A stretch of DNA of 64,000 nucleotides from Candidatus Latescibacterota bacterium (lineage in GTDB: Bacteria > Latescibacterota > UBA2968): contig OZ240241.1 of assembly GCA_965198115.1 (NCBI GenBank), positions 1,760,001-1,824,000 on the forward strand. The letters run 5' to 3'. Of the stretch, positions 8,591 to 19,125 are shown piece after piece. Position numbers and translations under genes: made by a program. Within the stretch, counting starts at the first letter, position 1. Every line of letters begins with the position of its first letter. The notes below the pieces were generated by a model that worked only from the letters and a program-made list of their open reading frames with translations, did no database searches and was not told where the DNA came from.

Positions 8591-9978
8591 GGTCAAGTCC
8601 CATAGTCAGTTGAAACTCATCGGGCCCCGTAGTTTGGTCAGGCTCTCTGCCGAGGTATCTGTTCGTTGTCGAGATTCAGATCTTTGTTCAGTGCTTGCCT
8701 GAGTAGGGGAAGATGTTTGTATCCGCTCACGCGTCGCAGGCGAGGTTCGATGTCGAGGAGTGCGGCAGCCACCCATCTGTGTCTCTGGGGAGAGTTGTTC
8801 CAGCGTCTGACCTTCCGAGTGAGCTCGCCGGTCCTGCTGTTGAGGGCTTCGATGCAGTTGGTGGTTCGGAAGCTTCGTTTCAGGAATGGGAGCATACCCA
8901 GCCGGTGGAGGGTCAGGGTTTCCTCCAGGCCTTCCTCGAGGCTTGCCACGGCAGACTGATTCATCAGCTTCAGTTCGGGTTTAAGTGATTCGAGTGCGGC
9001 CTTTGCCTCCTCGTAGGTGTCGCAGTCATAGGCTTTCTGAAGCTTCCGTCGAACTCTTGGACGTTCCCTCTCCGGGAGATAGCTGACGACATTCTCGCGC
9101 TTGTGCCACTGGCAGCGATGAACGCGGACATACCCTTTGAGGGCTTTGGTGACAGCACTGCGGAGCCCCTTTGAGCCGTCAAGCACAACGAGAAGGCCCT
9201 GGTCGTAGCACAGGCCTCTCCGGATGAGGTCTTGGATCAGCTGGCGGCAGATCCGTTCGTTCTCCGTCGCCGATTCGACGAAGCCCAGGGGGATCTTCTG
9301 GCCGTCCATCGCGACCCCCAGAGCGATCACGATCTCTTCGTCGGCAAAGCTCTTTCCGTCAATGAACAGGGTCACGAAGTCGTAGTCGTCGAGGGGACGC
9401 TCCTGGAACTGCTTCAGCTTCTTCGCGGTGGCTTTGATGAACCGCCGCGAGACGGAGGACGCTGAGATACCAAACGCTTCTGGAACCGATTCGGCACAGG
9501 CCTTGTAGTTGCGGCACGAGATCCCCTTGAGAACACGAAGCAACAGCCCCTCGTCCGTCTTCTTGGGCGTCTGTAGAGGCCCGGTATGCAGCCAGGAAAA
9601 CCTCTGCGTCGGCCTCGACGTCGCGCACCCGGGGAACGTCTAACGGGAGCTTCTGGTCCATCAGATACACGGATCCCTTCTGGCTTCCCCACCGACGATG
9701 CGCCTGCTCCGAACCTTTGCGCGCATACCGAACGCCTGCGAGCTGCTCGACCTCCTGCTGGAGGAGGTCTGCCACTGCCTTCAGACCCAACGGGATCAAC
9801 GCCTGGATCACCGACAAACGCGTCTCCAAATCGATGACATCGCCCTCAACCTTGACTTCACCATCGCCTACAAATAGCTTCTCCATCTGGGCTCCTTTCT
9901 TACGGGTATACGCTCCTACACGTCTACCCAACGTAAGTTTGGAGCCCTCTAAGTTTCAACTACGATAGGCACAACACC
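8591..9978 (-). mobile_element. IS256-family element type B1; transposase 8638..9886 frameshifted near 9575-9600
   Basis: IRs GGT...AGTTGAAACT; near-identical to 57637-59024; flanks show no TSD. Confidence 0.93.
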
Positions 9979-10109
9979 ACATGCAGAAATACGTCATGGT
10001 GCTCGCCCGCGGAGGAAACTTTCTCGGCTGTAAACCCGGCGTATTCGTCACTTGCTGCACCGACGGTTTCCGCCCCGTCTTCTACAAACTCGAACGCGTC
10101 GAAGACTAG
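9979..10109 (+). pseudogene. C-terminal fragment of an unidentified gene truncated by IS256-B1
   Basis: MQKYVMVLARGGNFLGCKPGVFVTCCTDGFRPVFYKLERVED* begins immediately at the IS end. Confidence 0.45.
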
Positions 10110-10174
10110 CGCAATGGAGCGACAACCGCGTGCGTAGGACTGAAGCCCTACACTAAGGGTTCGCGAATAAATAA

Positions 10175-11588
10175 GGCTATATCCGGATCTCTCAACGAGA
10201 TGAAGTGGGTGAAGGTGCCGTGGTTCCTGGCATGGGGGCGCGGTTAGAGTGTGCGGAACCTCTTCGGAATCTGCTCAGGGATGTTTATGTCTCCGACGGT
10301 AAGGAAGATCATATCGTTGAATGCGTCGAGTGTGCGGAATCCGCTGGCTCGGTTCTTGACGATTTGGACGATTCGGTTGAGGCCTTCGGCGATGGCGTTG
10401 GTAAGACGCGTGTTCACGAATGCGAGGACGCCGAAGAAGTGCTGTCGCAGGGTCCTGACGAACTTTCGCAGGGGTTCAAGTCGACTTCTGAGTGCGGACG
10501 TCGTCCAGCATTTCAGGAAGCGTTCGGCAGCCCAGGGCGCTTTGTATTCCCAGAACTGCTCGAACTCGTCCTTGAGTCTCCAGGCTCTATAGATTCGGTA
10601 GTTCGCCTTCTCCAGTGCTTTGAGTGTCCGAGTATCCCCTCTGGAGCGTGTCGCTGAGTGCCGGTAGAGGAGCCATCGGAGGCCCTTCATGGCTTTGCGC
10701 TCATCCGGGGCAGCTTTACGCCACTGGTCCTTACGGACCTCGTCAACGGCGGCATTGAGAGCCTTGACGATGTGAAAGCGATCGAGGACCAGCTTGGCAC
10801 AGTGTTCCTGGATGGCTCCGATGTAAGCTTCGCTCATGTCGCAGCAGGCCCACTCGATCTTGGATCTCCGGTAGGGACTGAGAGCCTCTGTGAAGAACCG
10901 ATCGATCGTTTTACGCGCCCTGCCGCGGCCAACCCACACCACGCAGGAGCGGTCCAGATCGTAAACGAGCGTGGCGTACCTGTGACGCTTGGCGTAGGAG
11001 ATCTCGTCGATCCCGATGGTTTTGAGCCCTCGGATACGATGACCTTCACGAAGCCGCGTGATGGATCGGTGAAGGAGATCCGACAGCGTCGAGGCAGAGA
11101 TGCGCAGCAACTCGGACGCCGCCTTCTGCGTCATGGTCTGGCAGTAGCGCAGCATGGCATACTCGAAGCGATACGTCACCCGAGAGAACCGCTCCGCCCA
11201 CGGAATCTCCTCGACCACACGACCGTGGGTAGGACACCGAATCTCCCGAGGATGGTAGAGAAGCCAGACCCTCCACCCGCACACCGGAATGTCACGCCAC
11301 CGACGCGGATGGGGCATTGTGCGGACGATTTTACCTCGACGGCCGCACTCCGGACAACAACAACCATTCTTATGTGGCTTTACGGCGATGACGAAGCAGC
11401 TTCTCCCCTCAAACCACCAGCTGACAACACGGAACCCCTTGAATCTCAGCAGTTTCGATAGTAATCTGCTCCCGGTCATAGGTCGCACCCCCTTCGCTTT
11501 GATTGTCCTACACACACAACCAAGCGTAGGGAACGATCTATGACCTTGTCATTCTATAGTTTCACCGTTGAGAGATCCGGATATAGCC
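10175..11588 (-). mobile_element. ISL3-family element copy 1
   Basis: Perfect 23-bp IR GGCTATATCCGGATCTCTCAACG; 8-bp TSD ATAAATAA at 10167-10174 and 11589-11596. Confidence 0.96.
10244..11515 (-). CDS. ISL3-family transposase (open frame)
   Basis: CPECG zinc finger, IGIDE, CCDM, LDRFHIVK, TNAIAEGLN motifs. Confidence 0.95.
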   Translation of the reverse strand: MCRTIKAKGVRPMTGSRLLSKLLRFKGFRVVSWWFEGRSCFVIAVKPHKNGCCCPECGRRGKIVRTMPHPRRWRDIPVCGWRVWLLYHPREIRCPTHGRVVEEIPWAERFSRVTYRFEYAMLRYCQTMTQKAASELLRISASTLSDLLHRSITRLREGHRIRGLKTIGIDEISYAKRHRYATLVYDLDRSCVVWVGRGRARKTIDRFFTEALSPYRRSKIEWACCDMSEAYIGAIQEHCAKLVLDRFHIVKALNAAVDEVRKDQWRKAAPDERKAMKGLRWLLYRHSATRSRGDTRTLKALEKANYRIYRAWRLKDEFEQFWEYKAPWAAERFLKCWTTSALRSRLEPLRKFVRTLRQHFFGVLAFVNTRLTNAIAEGLNRIVQIVKNRASGFRTLDAFNDMIFLTVGDINIPEQIPKRFRTL

Positions 11589-11606
11589 ATAAATAAACGG
11601 TCGATC

Positions 11607-12815
11607 TCAATGTTGAGCCATTGGCCGGATCGTGTAGTTCCAGTCGCCGTGGAAATCGTGCGGAGTGAGATCGATTTGGGTCATCTGTTCATCGGTCACC
11701 TTGACCCCGTTAGGGTAGGGTCGCTTGTCGATCTCGGAGCGTACTCGGAGACCGGCTTGAGTGGTCGTTCCGGCAATGAGATTCACGGTTGCAGCCAGGC
11801 TGACCAGGGGCTTGCCTTGCCAGTTCATAGCGATGAAGGAGAACAGGCGATGTTCGATCTTGTTCCACTTACTAGTGCCAGGAGGGTAGTGGCATACGGT
11901 GATCGTCAGGCCAGTGCGATTCGCAAAGCGCTGCAGCTCCCACTTCCACAGCCGCGTCTTGGCGCCGTTGCTGCCGCCTGCGTCCGCCGTGATTAGCAGA
12001 TGCGTCGAAGTGCCGTAGGCGGGCCGTCCCATGTTCTTCCACCAACTTCGGATCGCATTCACGGCGAAGCTGGCCGTGTCGTGATCGATACCGACACTTA
12101 CCCAGCCTTCATCACGGCTCAGATCATACACTCCATAAGGGATCGCCTTGCCCTGAGCAGGCACTATGAAATCGTGTACCTTCACACGCTCCGGGTCTCC
12201 CTTGGGTCGCCATTCTCGGCCAGGATTCTTGAAGTCGCCGATCAACTCTTTCTTCTTGGTGTCCACCGAGATAACGGGAAGGCCCTGCTGCTGCTGCTGG
12301 CTAATCCGATCATCGAGGTAAACGAACTGAGCGTCCCGATCCGGGTGTGCAGATCCCTCCCTTGTCTTCCGATTCGCCTGCAGCGTGTAATCGTGTTCGT
12401 GCAGGAGATTGGCAACGATCCTGGGGCTCACCGAATGCCCCATCGCTTGCAACTCGGCGGCCAGTTTGCGAGTGCTCTTCGATGTCCATCTCAGAGGATT
12501 GTCGTCAGGCGACCCCGCAGTCGTTGGCTCGACCAGATCATTCAGGTCCTGCCACAGCGTCGGGTCCGTGTCGGCCTTCCGCTTACGACCGCCGCCTGGA
12601 CGCCGGATGCGAGCCGGGTCCAAAGGTTCGTCCGACCTCAACTCCTGAATGCCACGAAAGATCCGCTCTCTGGACATTCCTGTCGCCAGAGCCACAATCG
12701 CGATCCCACCGTGACCCAACGCTTCGGCTTCCGTGGCGGCCCACAGACGACGCGTGCGTTCCGTCAGCACCGGAGCCAAGGCTTCATACTTCGTTCGGAG
12801 AGTTTCGACGTCCAC
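11607..12815 (-). CDS. ISAzo13-family transposase
   Basis: RIRRPGGGRK, PLRWTSKSTR, ISVDTKKKELIG, ITADAGGSNG, PPGTSKWNKIEHRLF, FHGDWNYTI. Confidence 0.96.
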   Translation of the reverse strand: MDVETLRTKYEALAPVLTERTRRLWAATEAEALGHGGIAIVALATGMSRERIFRGIQELRSDEPLDPARIRRPGGGRKRKADTDPTLWQDLNDLVEPTTAGSPDDNPLRWTSKSTRKLAAELQAMGHSVSPRIVANLLHEHDYTLQANRKTREGSAHPDRDAQFVYLDDRISQQQQQGLPVISVDTKKKELIGDFKNPGREWRPKGDPERVKVHDFIVPAQGKAIPYGVYDLSRDEGWVSVGIDHDTASFAVNAIRSWWKNMGRPAYGTSTHLLITADAGGSNGAKTRLWKWELQRFANRTGLTITVCHYPPGTSKWNKIEHRLFSFIAMNWQGKPLVSLAATVNLIAGTTTQAGLRVRSEIDKRPYPNGVKVTDEQMTQIDLTPHDFHGDWNYTIRPMAQH

Positions 12816-12875
12816 ACTCCGAGCGTAAGATCATTACCTTGAAAAGTGCAGCACTTATTTCGTGGCAAGCCCTAA

Positions 12876-12962
12876 GAGCGCGAAGCCGGCTGAAGCCGGC
12901 TAACAGACCCAGCCCGCTTTAGCGGGCTTCGCTAACATAGCGTGGGGATTCATCCCCACGCG
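12876..12962. repeat. REP/REPIN-like palindrome cluster; its first hairpin was displaced to 10134-10150 by ISAzo13
   Basis: Hairpins GCCGGCTGAAGCCGGC, GCCCGCTTTAGCGGGC and CGTGGGGATTCATCCCCACG, plus GTAGGACTGAAGCCCTAC left of the IS. Confidence 0.7.
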
Positions 12963-12981
12963 AAATGACGTCCTCGGTTCA

Positions 12982-13588
12982 ATGAAAACCATACAACTCG
13001 GCAACACCGACCTCACCGTCACCCGCTACTGTCAGGGCACGGCCTTCCGTCATCTACCTCGCCACGCCGATGAGCCATTGGCCGAGCGCGTGCTGCGCCA
13101 TTGCCTCGACAGGGGCGTGACATTCTTCGATTCCGCTTATGCTTACGGCTGGGGAGGCGCGGAAGAACTGCTCGGGAAAGTCGTTCATGGCCGACGCGAC
13201 CTGGTCGTCATCTGCACCAAGGTCCCCCCGACAAATCCGCCGGAAGTCGAGGAGAATCCCGGCACGCACACACACTTCACGCTGGCCTATTTGCAGGAAC
13301 AGCTCGATGCGGCCCTTGGACGTCTGGGCACGGACTACGTGGACATTTATTCCATCAGCCCGACCCCGAAACACCCGCCGGGGAGCTATGTGCGTCGATG
13401 GATCGGCTCGTGCAGTCTGGCAAGACGCGATACTGGGGTTGTCCAACCACGAACCCAGCGTCGTCGCCGAGTGCTCGGAAATCGCCAAAGCATCGGGCTC
13501 CGCGCCCCCGTCCGTGCTCGAGGACTACTACAATATCGCCGGCGCCTATTCAGCCAAGACTGACGGCCAATCAAGAATACGTTGGCTA
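12982..13588 (+). pseudogene. Aldo/keto reductase; frameshifted near 13350 and 3'-truncated by IS1182
   Basis: LGNTDLTV, GVTFFDSAYAYG, ICTKV, LGTDYVD, HQPDP, GKTRYWG motifs. Confidence 0.88.
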
Positions 13589-13864
13589 GGAGCCTGTCGG
13601 GTTACACCCGGAAGCTCGTTGAGATTAAGTCCAGCTGAGTCTGGCAGCGACCGGTTACCTTCGTTTTTTCCTTGAGCCGAGTTCCTCTTCGGGATCAGGT
13701 AGCCAATGAGAGTCGATAGAGTTTCAGAAGGTTGTGTGTGAGACAGATCAGGTTCCATTCTCTGATGACTTTGTGGATTCGGCGGAATGAGAATCGGGTG
13801 AAGTTCCGAACGGATTTGATCTGTCCAAACACGGGTTCGATGATCTGCTTTCTTTTCCAAAGGG
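13589..13864 (-). mobile_element. IS1182-family 3' remnant with right end
   Basis: KRKQIIEPVFGQIKSVRNFTRFSFR...EWNLICLTHNLLKL; end ...CCGACAGGCTCC next to CTAG. Confidence 0.85.
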
Positions 13865-14052
13865 TCCGGGGCCTTGATGACGAGGAGATCGGCTCGTGCC
13901 AGTTTTCTGAGCAGGCGGGTGAGACTGCCATCGAAGTGCGCCTGCCCAACACATCGAGTTTAGAATTTTTGGAAAACGCGTAACACATCTTGTCTTGGGG
14001 GGTTATTGACCACACTCCGATTGCTGTTACCAGTCGTCCTATTTCTTCGTAA

Positions 14053-14508
14053 CTAATTGTTGTGCAGTGAATTATGTGATTCATGCGATCCTGGAATGAC
14101 GCGGATAGCACCTTCCTCCTTTGTGGTCGGGTCCAGGTAGATCATGATCTTGATCCGGCTATAGTCCAGCTCCTCCGCGCCGGGCCGGTCGGCGTGCCAG
14201 TGGTGTATCGGTGTTCCCTGCAAGAATCCGCGGTTGCCCTCTGAACCGGACCAGATGAAGTCCTCACCCAGAAGATCTGAGATAATATCGTGGATCCGCT
14301 TGTCGTCGACGAGTTGGAGTAGTGTCTCGTTTCGCTCGACGAACGGCGCGGTGTGCATTTCCTCGTCGAGAGCCGGTTGCTTTCCCAGCTCCTCCGTCCA
14401 GACCAGCTCGGCAGCGTCCTTGATGGTCTGGATATCGTCAGCCGAGAACAGCTGGCGGCAGACCAGAAAACCGAAGGTCTCGAAGTGCGCGCGATCGTTT
14501 TCGTTCAT
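14053..14508 (-). pseudogene. Phytanoyl-CoA dioxygenase (PhyH) family protein, C-terminally truncated
   Basis: FETFGFLV, WHADR (HxD), GAIRVIPGSH, then runs into unrelated AT-richer DNA before the distal His. Confidence 0.82.
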
Positions 14509-14646
14509 GTGGAAACCCTTCCATCCCTGGGCTCCGCCTCGAGGCCATTGAGATAAGCCTCATTGCGTCCTCGTGCGGAGCACAGGGACGCCTACGTGTA
14601 TCCGGAAAGGCTAAACTCAATGGCAGATGAGCTCTATCTGGGAACG

Positions 14647-15732
14647 TCACTGATACTTCGCTTCGTCTTCCGGGCTGACCTCGAGATCCTTGCCGACCTT
14701 CACCTCGAGCTTGTCTGCCCATTCCTGAATCCGTCCGACGGTCTTGGGCCATACCTCGACGCCCATTTCGAGTCGCTCTCGTCTGGAGTTCTGTTCGTAA
14801 TCTCCGGGGACGATTACTTCGTCGAAACCGGCAGCGGGAGGCGTCTTCTTGATGCCGTCGAGGAAGCTGCGAACGCCCTTCTGATAATCTTCTAGCGGCA
14901 GGAAAGCCTTGACGTCGATGACCTGCATGAAGGCACCGCCCATTGTGCCCTGTTCCGCGTCGAACTGGCCGGACAGACCGCCCAAAAGGCAGGTGAACAG
15001 GGAGAGGGCGTAGCCTTTGTGGAGACCGAAACCGAGCATGTTTCCACCCTCGGTGAGGTCGCTCACTTTGACACTCGGGCTTCCGTTCTTGTCGACGATG
15101 CATCCTTCGGGCAGGTCGGCATCTTTGCTTTCGGCGAACGCGGTTTTCCCGCCTGCGATCATGGTCGTTGCATAGTCCAGGACAAACGGTGTGTCATCGC
15201 CCGTTGGTACGCCCACTGCGATCGGGTTCGTGCCGAGCTTGCCTTCGGCGCCACCGTAGGGAAGGGTCCCGCCGCCCCGAATGCCGACGCTCCGCTTGCC
15301 GCCTCCACCTCCAGTACTGATCCAGCCGATGCAACCCGCGTGGGCAGCGATTTCGGCCCACTGCCCGAGCCGACCGATGTGACCGTTATTCTTGAGGCTC
15401 ACGCGGCAGACCTCGGACTGCTTGGCTTTCTTTATGGCCAGTTCGACGGCCGTCCTCGCCGTGTAGAGTCCTGATCCCTTGTTTCCGTTGAGGACGACGG
15501 TGGTGTCGGTCTCCCGCTCCACTGTCGGTTCCGCACCGGCGACGACCGCGCCCGATTCGATCGCATCGAGATAGCTAGGAATGCGCAGGATGCCGTGCGA
15601 GTCGTGTCCGGCGACGTTTGCGCCGACGAGCGTTGCGGCGATCACCTCCGCGATGTGGGTGGGCGTGCCGGCTGCCTCGAACAGCTGGCGCGTCATTGTG
15701 TGCAGGTAACTTGCTTGGTACCGCTGGGCCAT
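14647..15732 (-). CDS. Ldh_2 family (malate/lactate/ureidoglycolate) oxidoreductase
   Basis: GHDSHG, GHIGRLG, GTNPIA, DYATT, HKGYAL motifs. Confidence 0.93.
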   Translation of the reverse strand: MAQRYQASYLHTMTRQLFEAAGTPTHIAEVIAATLVGANVAGHDSHGILRIPSYLDAIESGAVVAGAEPTVERETDTTVVLNGNKGSGLYTARTAVELAIKKAKQSEVCRVSLKNNGHIGRLGQWAEIAAHAGCIGWISTGGGGGKRSVGIRGGGTLPYGGAEGKLGTNPIAVGVPTGDDTPFVLDYATTMIAGGKTAFAESKDADLPEGCIVDKNGSPSVKVSDLTEGGNMLGFGLHKGYALSLFTCLLGGLSGQFDAEQGTMGGAFMQVIDVKAFLPLEDYQKGVRSFLDGIKKTPPAAGFDEVIVPGDYEQNSRRERLEMGVEVWPKTVGRIQEWADKLEVKVGKDLEVSPEDEAKYQ

Positions 15733-15884
15733 GGATTGCTCCTCGGTTGCTTGCGCTGGCTTCCGCCAGGATGGGTGTTCAGTGTTCGGTCCCCTACGTC
15801 TATGCTTCGGGGGACAGGTGTTTAGGAAAACAAACTTCCCGGGTGATTAAGCATAGCGAAAGACCTCTTCACAATGATTGAGAT

Positions 15885-16949
15885 CTATTTATACCGCTCC
15901 TTGTCCGATGCCTCTATGAGATCGTCGCTCCAGGCTATTTCGAGTTTATCGGCCCATTCCTTGATGCCGTCGACGGTCATGTCCCACACTTCGATACCGT
16001 TGGCGAGACGATCCTGACGTGCCAGGTGCTCGGGATCGCCGGGGACGAGGACCTGATCGAAACCCAGCGCCGGCGAGTTGTCCTTGACCGAGTCGAGGAA
16101 CGCACGTACGCCCTCCTGATAGGGGCCAAGCGCTGTGAAAGCTTCGATATCCATCACCTGGATCAGACACCCTCCCATGGACTGGCTCGTGGAATCGAAG
16201 TTTCCGTCCAGCCCACCAAGAAGTGCAACGACGAGCGACATCGCGTAGCCCTTGTGTTTGCCGAAGGCGAGAAGATTTCCCCCGTCGTAGTAATCCTGCA
16301 CTTTGACGGTCGGGTTTCCGTCCTTGTCGACGATGCAGCCTTCGCGAAGGTCCTTACCCTGGGTCTCGGCGAAGAACATCTTGCCGGCCGCGATGGCGCT
16401 CGTCGCAAAGTCGATAATGAAGGGTGCTTCATCTCCTGTCGGAACGCCAATTGCCATGGGGTTCGTGCCCATAGCTGGCTTCGAGCCTCCATATGGCAGA
16501 ATGCGCCCCTTGCCGGGGCCCCCGCTGCCCGCCGTGATGATGCCGATGCATCCCGCGTGGGCCGCGATTTCTGCGTAGGCGCCGAGTCTACCGATGTGAC
16601 CCATGTTCGTGACGCATACGCGGTGGGTTTCGAGTTTTTTCGCTTTCTCAATCGCGTACTCCGTCGCCTTCTTGGCCGTATACAGGCCCGAACCGCCATT
16701 TCCGTCACACACAGCAATGGTGGAGGACCGATCAGTAAACGATGGTTCGTCTGCGCTATACCCTCCGCCGTTTTGAATCCCTTGCAGGTAACCTGGAACT
16801 CTCAGAATGCCGTGAGAGTCGTGTCCACTCAGGTTCGACCCGATGAGCATTTCGGCGATGACGTCGGCGACGTGGCGAGGCGTGTCGATCGCCTCGAACA
16901 GTCGTCGAGTCAGGGCGTGGAGGAAAGCAACCTGATAGCGTTGTGCCAC
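15885..16949 (-). CDS. Ldh_2 family oxidoreductase, tandem paralog
   Basis: Same motifs (GHDSHG, GHIGRLG, GTNPMA, DFATS, HKGYAM); GTG start. Confidence 0.93.
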   Translation of the reverse strand: MAQRYQVAFLHALTRRLFEAIDTPRHVADVIAEMLIGSNLSGHDSHGILRVPGYLQGIQNGGGYSADEPSFTDRSSTIAVCDGNGGSGLYTAKKATEYAIEKAKKLETHRVCVTNMGHIGRLGAYAEIAAHAGCIGIITAGSGGPGKGRILPYGGSKPAMGTNPMAIGVPTGDEAPFIIDFATSAIAAGKMFFAETQGKDLREGCIVDKDGNPTVKVQDYYDGGNLLAFGKHKGYAMSLVVALLGGLDGNFDSTSQSMGGCLIQVMDIEAFTALGPYQEGVRAFLDSVKDNSPALGFDQVLVPGDPEHLARQDRLANGIEVWDMTVDGIKEWADKLEIAWSDDLIEASDKERYK

Positions 16950-16966
16950 GTCGTTGGCCTCACTGT

Positions 16967-18635
16967 TCAGGATGGGATCACAGGCAAGGTGATGTGGGAG
17001 GCGTTCTCCCGTTCGTGATAGATCGTCTGATGCGCGATCTGTATTTCGTCGTCCAGTCCGGGCGTGTTTCCTGTGTTCAGGTTCCGATCGAACCGAGGAA
17101 AGTTACTGCTCGAGATTTCGAGCCGGATTCGATGACCCACTTTGAACAGGTTACTCGTCTCCCACAGTTGGATCTTGTATTCCACGACAGCATTCGGCTC
17201 GATCAGTGTTGGATTCTCAAAGGAATCCCTGAAACGAGCCCTGACGATGCCCTCCGTGATGTGAATCGCTTTGCCACCGGGGTGGACGTCTACGAGGGTT
17301 GCGGTGAAGTCCGTGTCTCGCGCGTCTGAGGCGGCGAAGAGCGTCAGTTCGATCGGGCCGGTTGCCTCCAGATCTGCCTCGAGGGGATCTGTCGAGTAGA
17401 CAAGCACGTCGTCTCTGCGCTCCACGGGTCGACGGTCTCTAGGTCCGGTACAGTCGATGAACATGCTCTGCCCACCGTGTGTCGGCACGGGATCCTCCGG
17501 ATCGTAGCCGAAGGTATCGCAGGGCTCTTGATCGGGGGGCTCCGTACTGAGGGCGCCGTCCCCGAGCAGAGAGTTCGCCTGGCCTCCGCTGTGTAAGTAG
17601 AACGTGGTGAACTGTGTGCGTGCGAGGGGCCATTCATTTTCGGAACGCCAGACGTTTGCACCCATGACGAAGATGCGGACGGGCGGCTCCTCGTCGATGC
17701 CGGTCTCGATGCCTCGCAGACGTTGATCGTACCAGCGCAGGTGCTCGTCGGGCATGTCGACCGTCGCACCTGGTCCGAAATCGATGTCACCGTACCGTTC
17801 CGCGCTCCCGATCAGCGAGTGCGTCCACGGCCCTACCATCATTCGAGTACGCTTCCTGGTCTCCTCGCTTCTGGCCTTGGCCCTCCATCCCGTGAAGCAT
17901 TTGAAGCCTTCGTGCACGAGATTGTCGTACCAACCGGTTATGAAGTAGGAGGGCGTTTCCACCTCGTCGTACTTGCTCTTCATGCTGTATGATGTCCAGA
18001 AGTCGTCGAACGCCTCGTGGCGGATGACGTCGTGGTAGAAAGGACGATCCGCGATGTCGTCGAGTGCGGTCAACAACGGAAGCCTGCGATGGACCGTGTT
18101 CCAGTCGATCAGGTCTCTGGGGGCGATCTGGTTCGTCCGGTCACCGAGATAGACCCAGTTCATCACGTTCTGAAGCTGCAGGATCCCGTTGTATCTCAGG
18201 TGACCGTAGTTGTCCTCCTGGTTCGCGATCGGGACCAGCGCCTTGACATAGGTGCTGCGATAGGGGGCCGGCAGAATCTGCGTGAATCCCGGGTAGGATA
18301 CGCCGAAGGTGCCGATGGTGCCATCGCACCAGGATTGAGCGCCGATCCACTCCTGCGTGTCGAATCCATCCTGGGCCTCGTCTACGTAAGGACGCCACTT
18401 GCCCTTCGGACTCGAATCGGCCCCGGCAGTCCTGCATAACGGTGGCATAGCCCGCCTTTGCGAATTGCACCGACCAGTCGATGTATCGCGGGTGCTGCGT
18501 GCTGTAGGGTGACCGGATCAACAGGACGGGGAATCGGTCACCTCTGGCCGGGCGGTACATGGCGGCGTAGAGGTTCACGCCGTCCCGCATGGGGATCTTC
18601 AGATCGAGCTGTATGTGAACGTCGGGTTCCGCCAT
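16967..18635 (-). CDS. CocE/NonD-family hydrolase, one frameshift near 18410
   Basis: IPMRDGVNL, RSPY, QDCRGRFESEG (ORF 18141..18635) continuing into DGFDTQEWI, GVSYPG, GWYD, GPWTH, SSSNFPRFDRN (ORF 16967..18448). Confidence 0.9.
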
Positions 18636-18741
18636 TGCTCAGCCGCTTTACATCCCGTCCCAGACTTCGTCGAACTCCAGCGCCCCGGGGTTTTCTTGGA
18701 CACTCCGTTGACCTACAGTAGGTCGAAAAGGAGGGTCCACC

Positions 18742-19125
18742 ATGAACAAGGCTACTAGGGGATCGGTTGGGGCGGAGCGAGCGAGAGCGAGCGGAGGCCC
18801 AGCCGATCCAAGCGCGACTTCGCAGGGTCGTTTCTCCGTGAAGAAGAAGGCCGAAGCCGTATTACGTGTGATGCGTGGCGAGAGCCTCGACAGCGTCTCT
18901 CGCGATCTGGGAGTAACGGCAGCTAAATTGAGCGAGTGGCGCGATCAGTTCCACTCTGGCGCCCAGGCCGCACTACGCTCTCGTCCGAGCGACGAGCGTG
19001 ACGAGAGGGTCAAGGACCTCCAGGCGAAGATTGGCGAGCTCACGATGGACAACGAGCTGCTGCAACAAAGAATCGATCGTCTGGAAGCCCGCCGCCCTTT
19101 GGCGCATCGGAGGTCGCGGAAATGA
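18742..19125 (+). CDS. IS3-family OrfA (HTH)
   Basis: KAEAVLRVMRGESLDSVSRDLGVTAAKLSEW; LQAKIGELTMDNELL. Confidence 0.88.
   Translation: MNKATRGSVGAERARASGGPADPSATSQGRFSVKKKAEAVLRVMRGESLDSVSRDLGVTAAKLSEWRDQFHSGAQAALRSRPSDERDERVKDLQAKIGELTMDNELLQQRIDRLEARRPLAHRRSRK

Larger units (their letters stand above)
10157..12872 (-). mobile_element. ISAzo13-family element, complete, with ISL3 nested in its right IR
   Basis: Ends GGGTTCGCGAATAAATAA / TTATTTCGTGGCAAGCCC; 3-bp TSD TAA at 10154-10156 and 12873-12875. Confidence 0.9.

Noticed and set aside
1100-18450. Isolated single-base frameshifts (binding protein, sspC, sspD, IS256-B1 copy 1, aldo/keto reductase, CocE) as programmed frameshifting or phase variation
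   Set aside because: Several fall in short homopolymers and each is seen once; without reads they cannot be told apart from long-read errors or simple decay.
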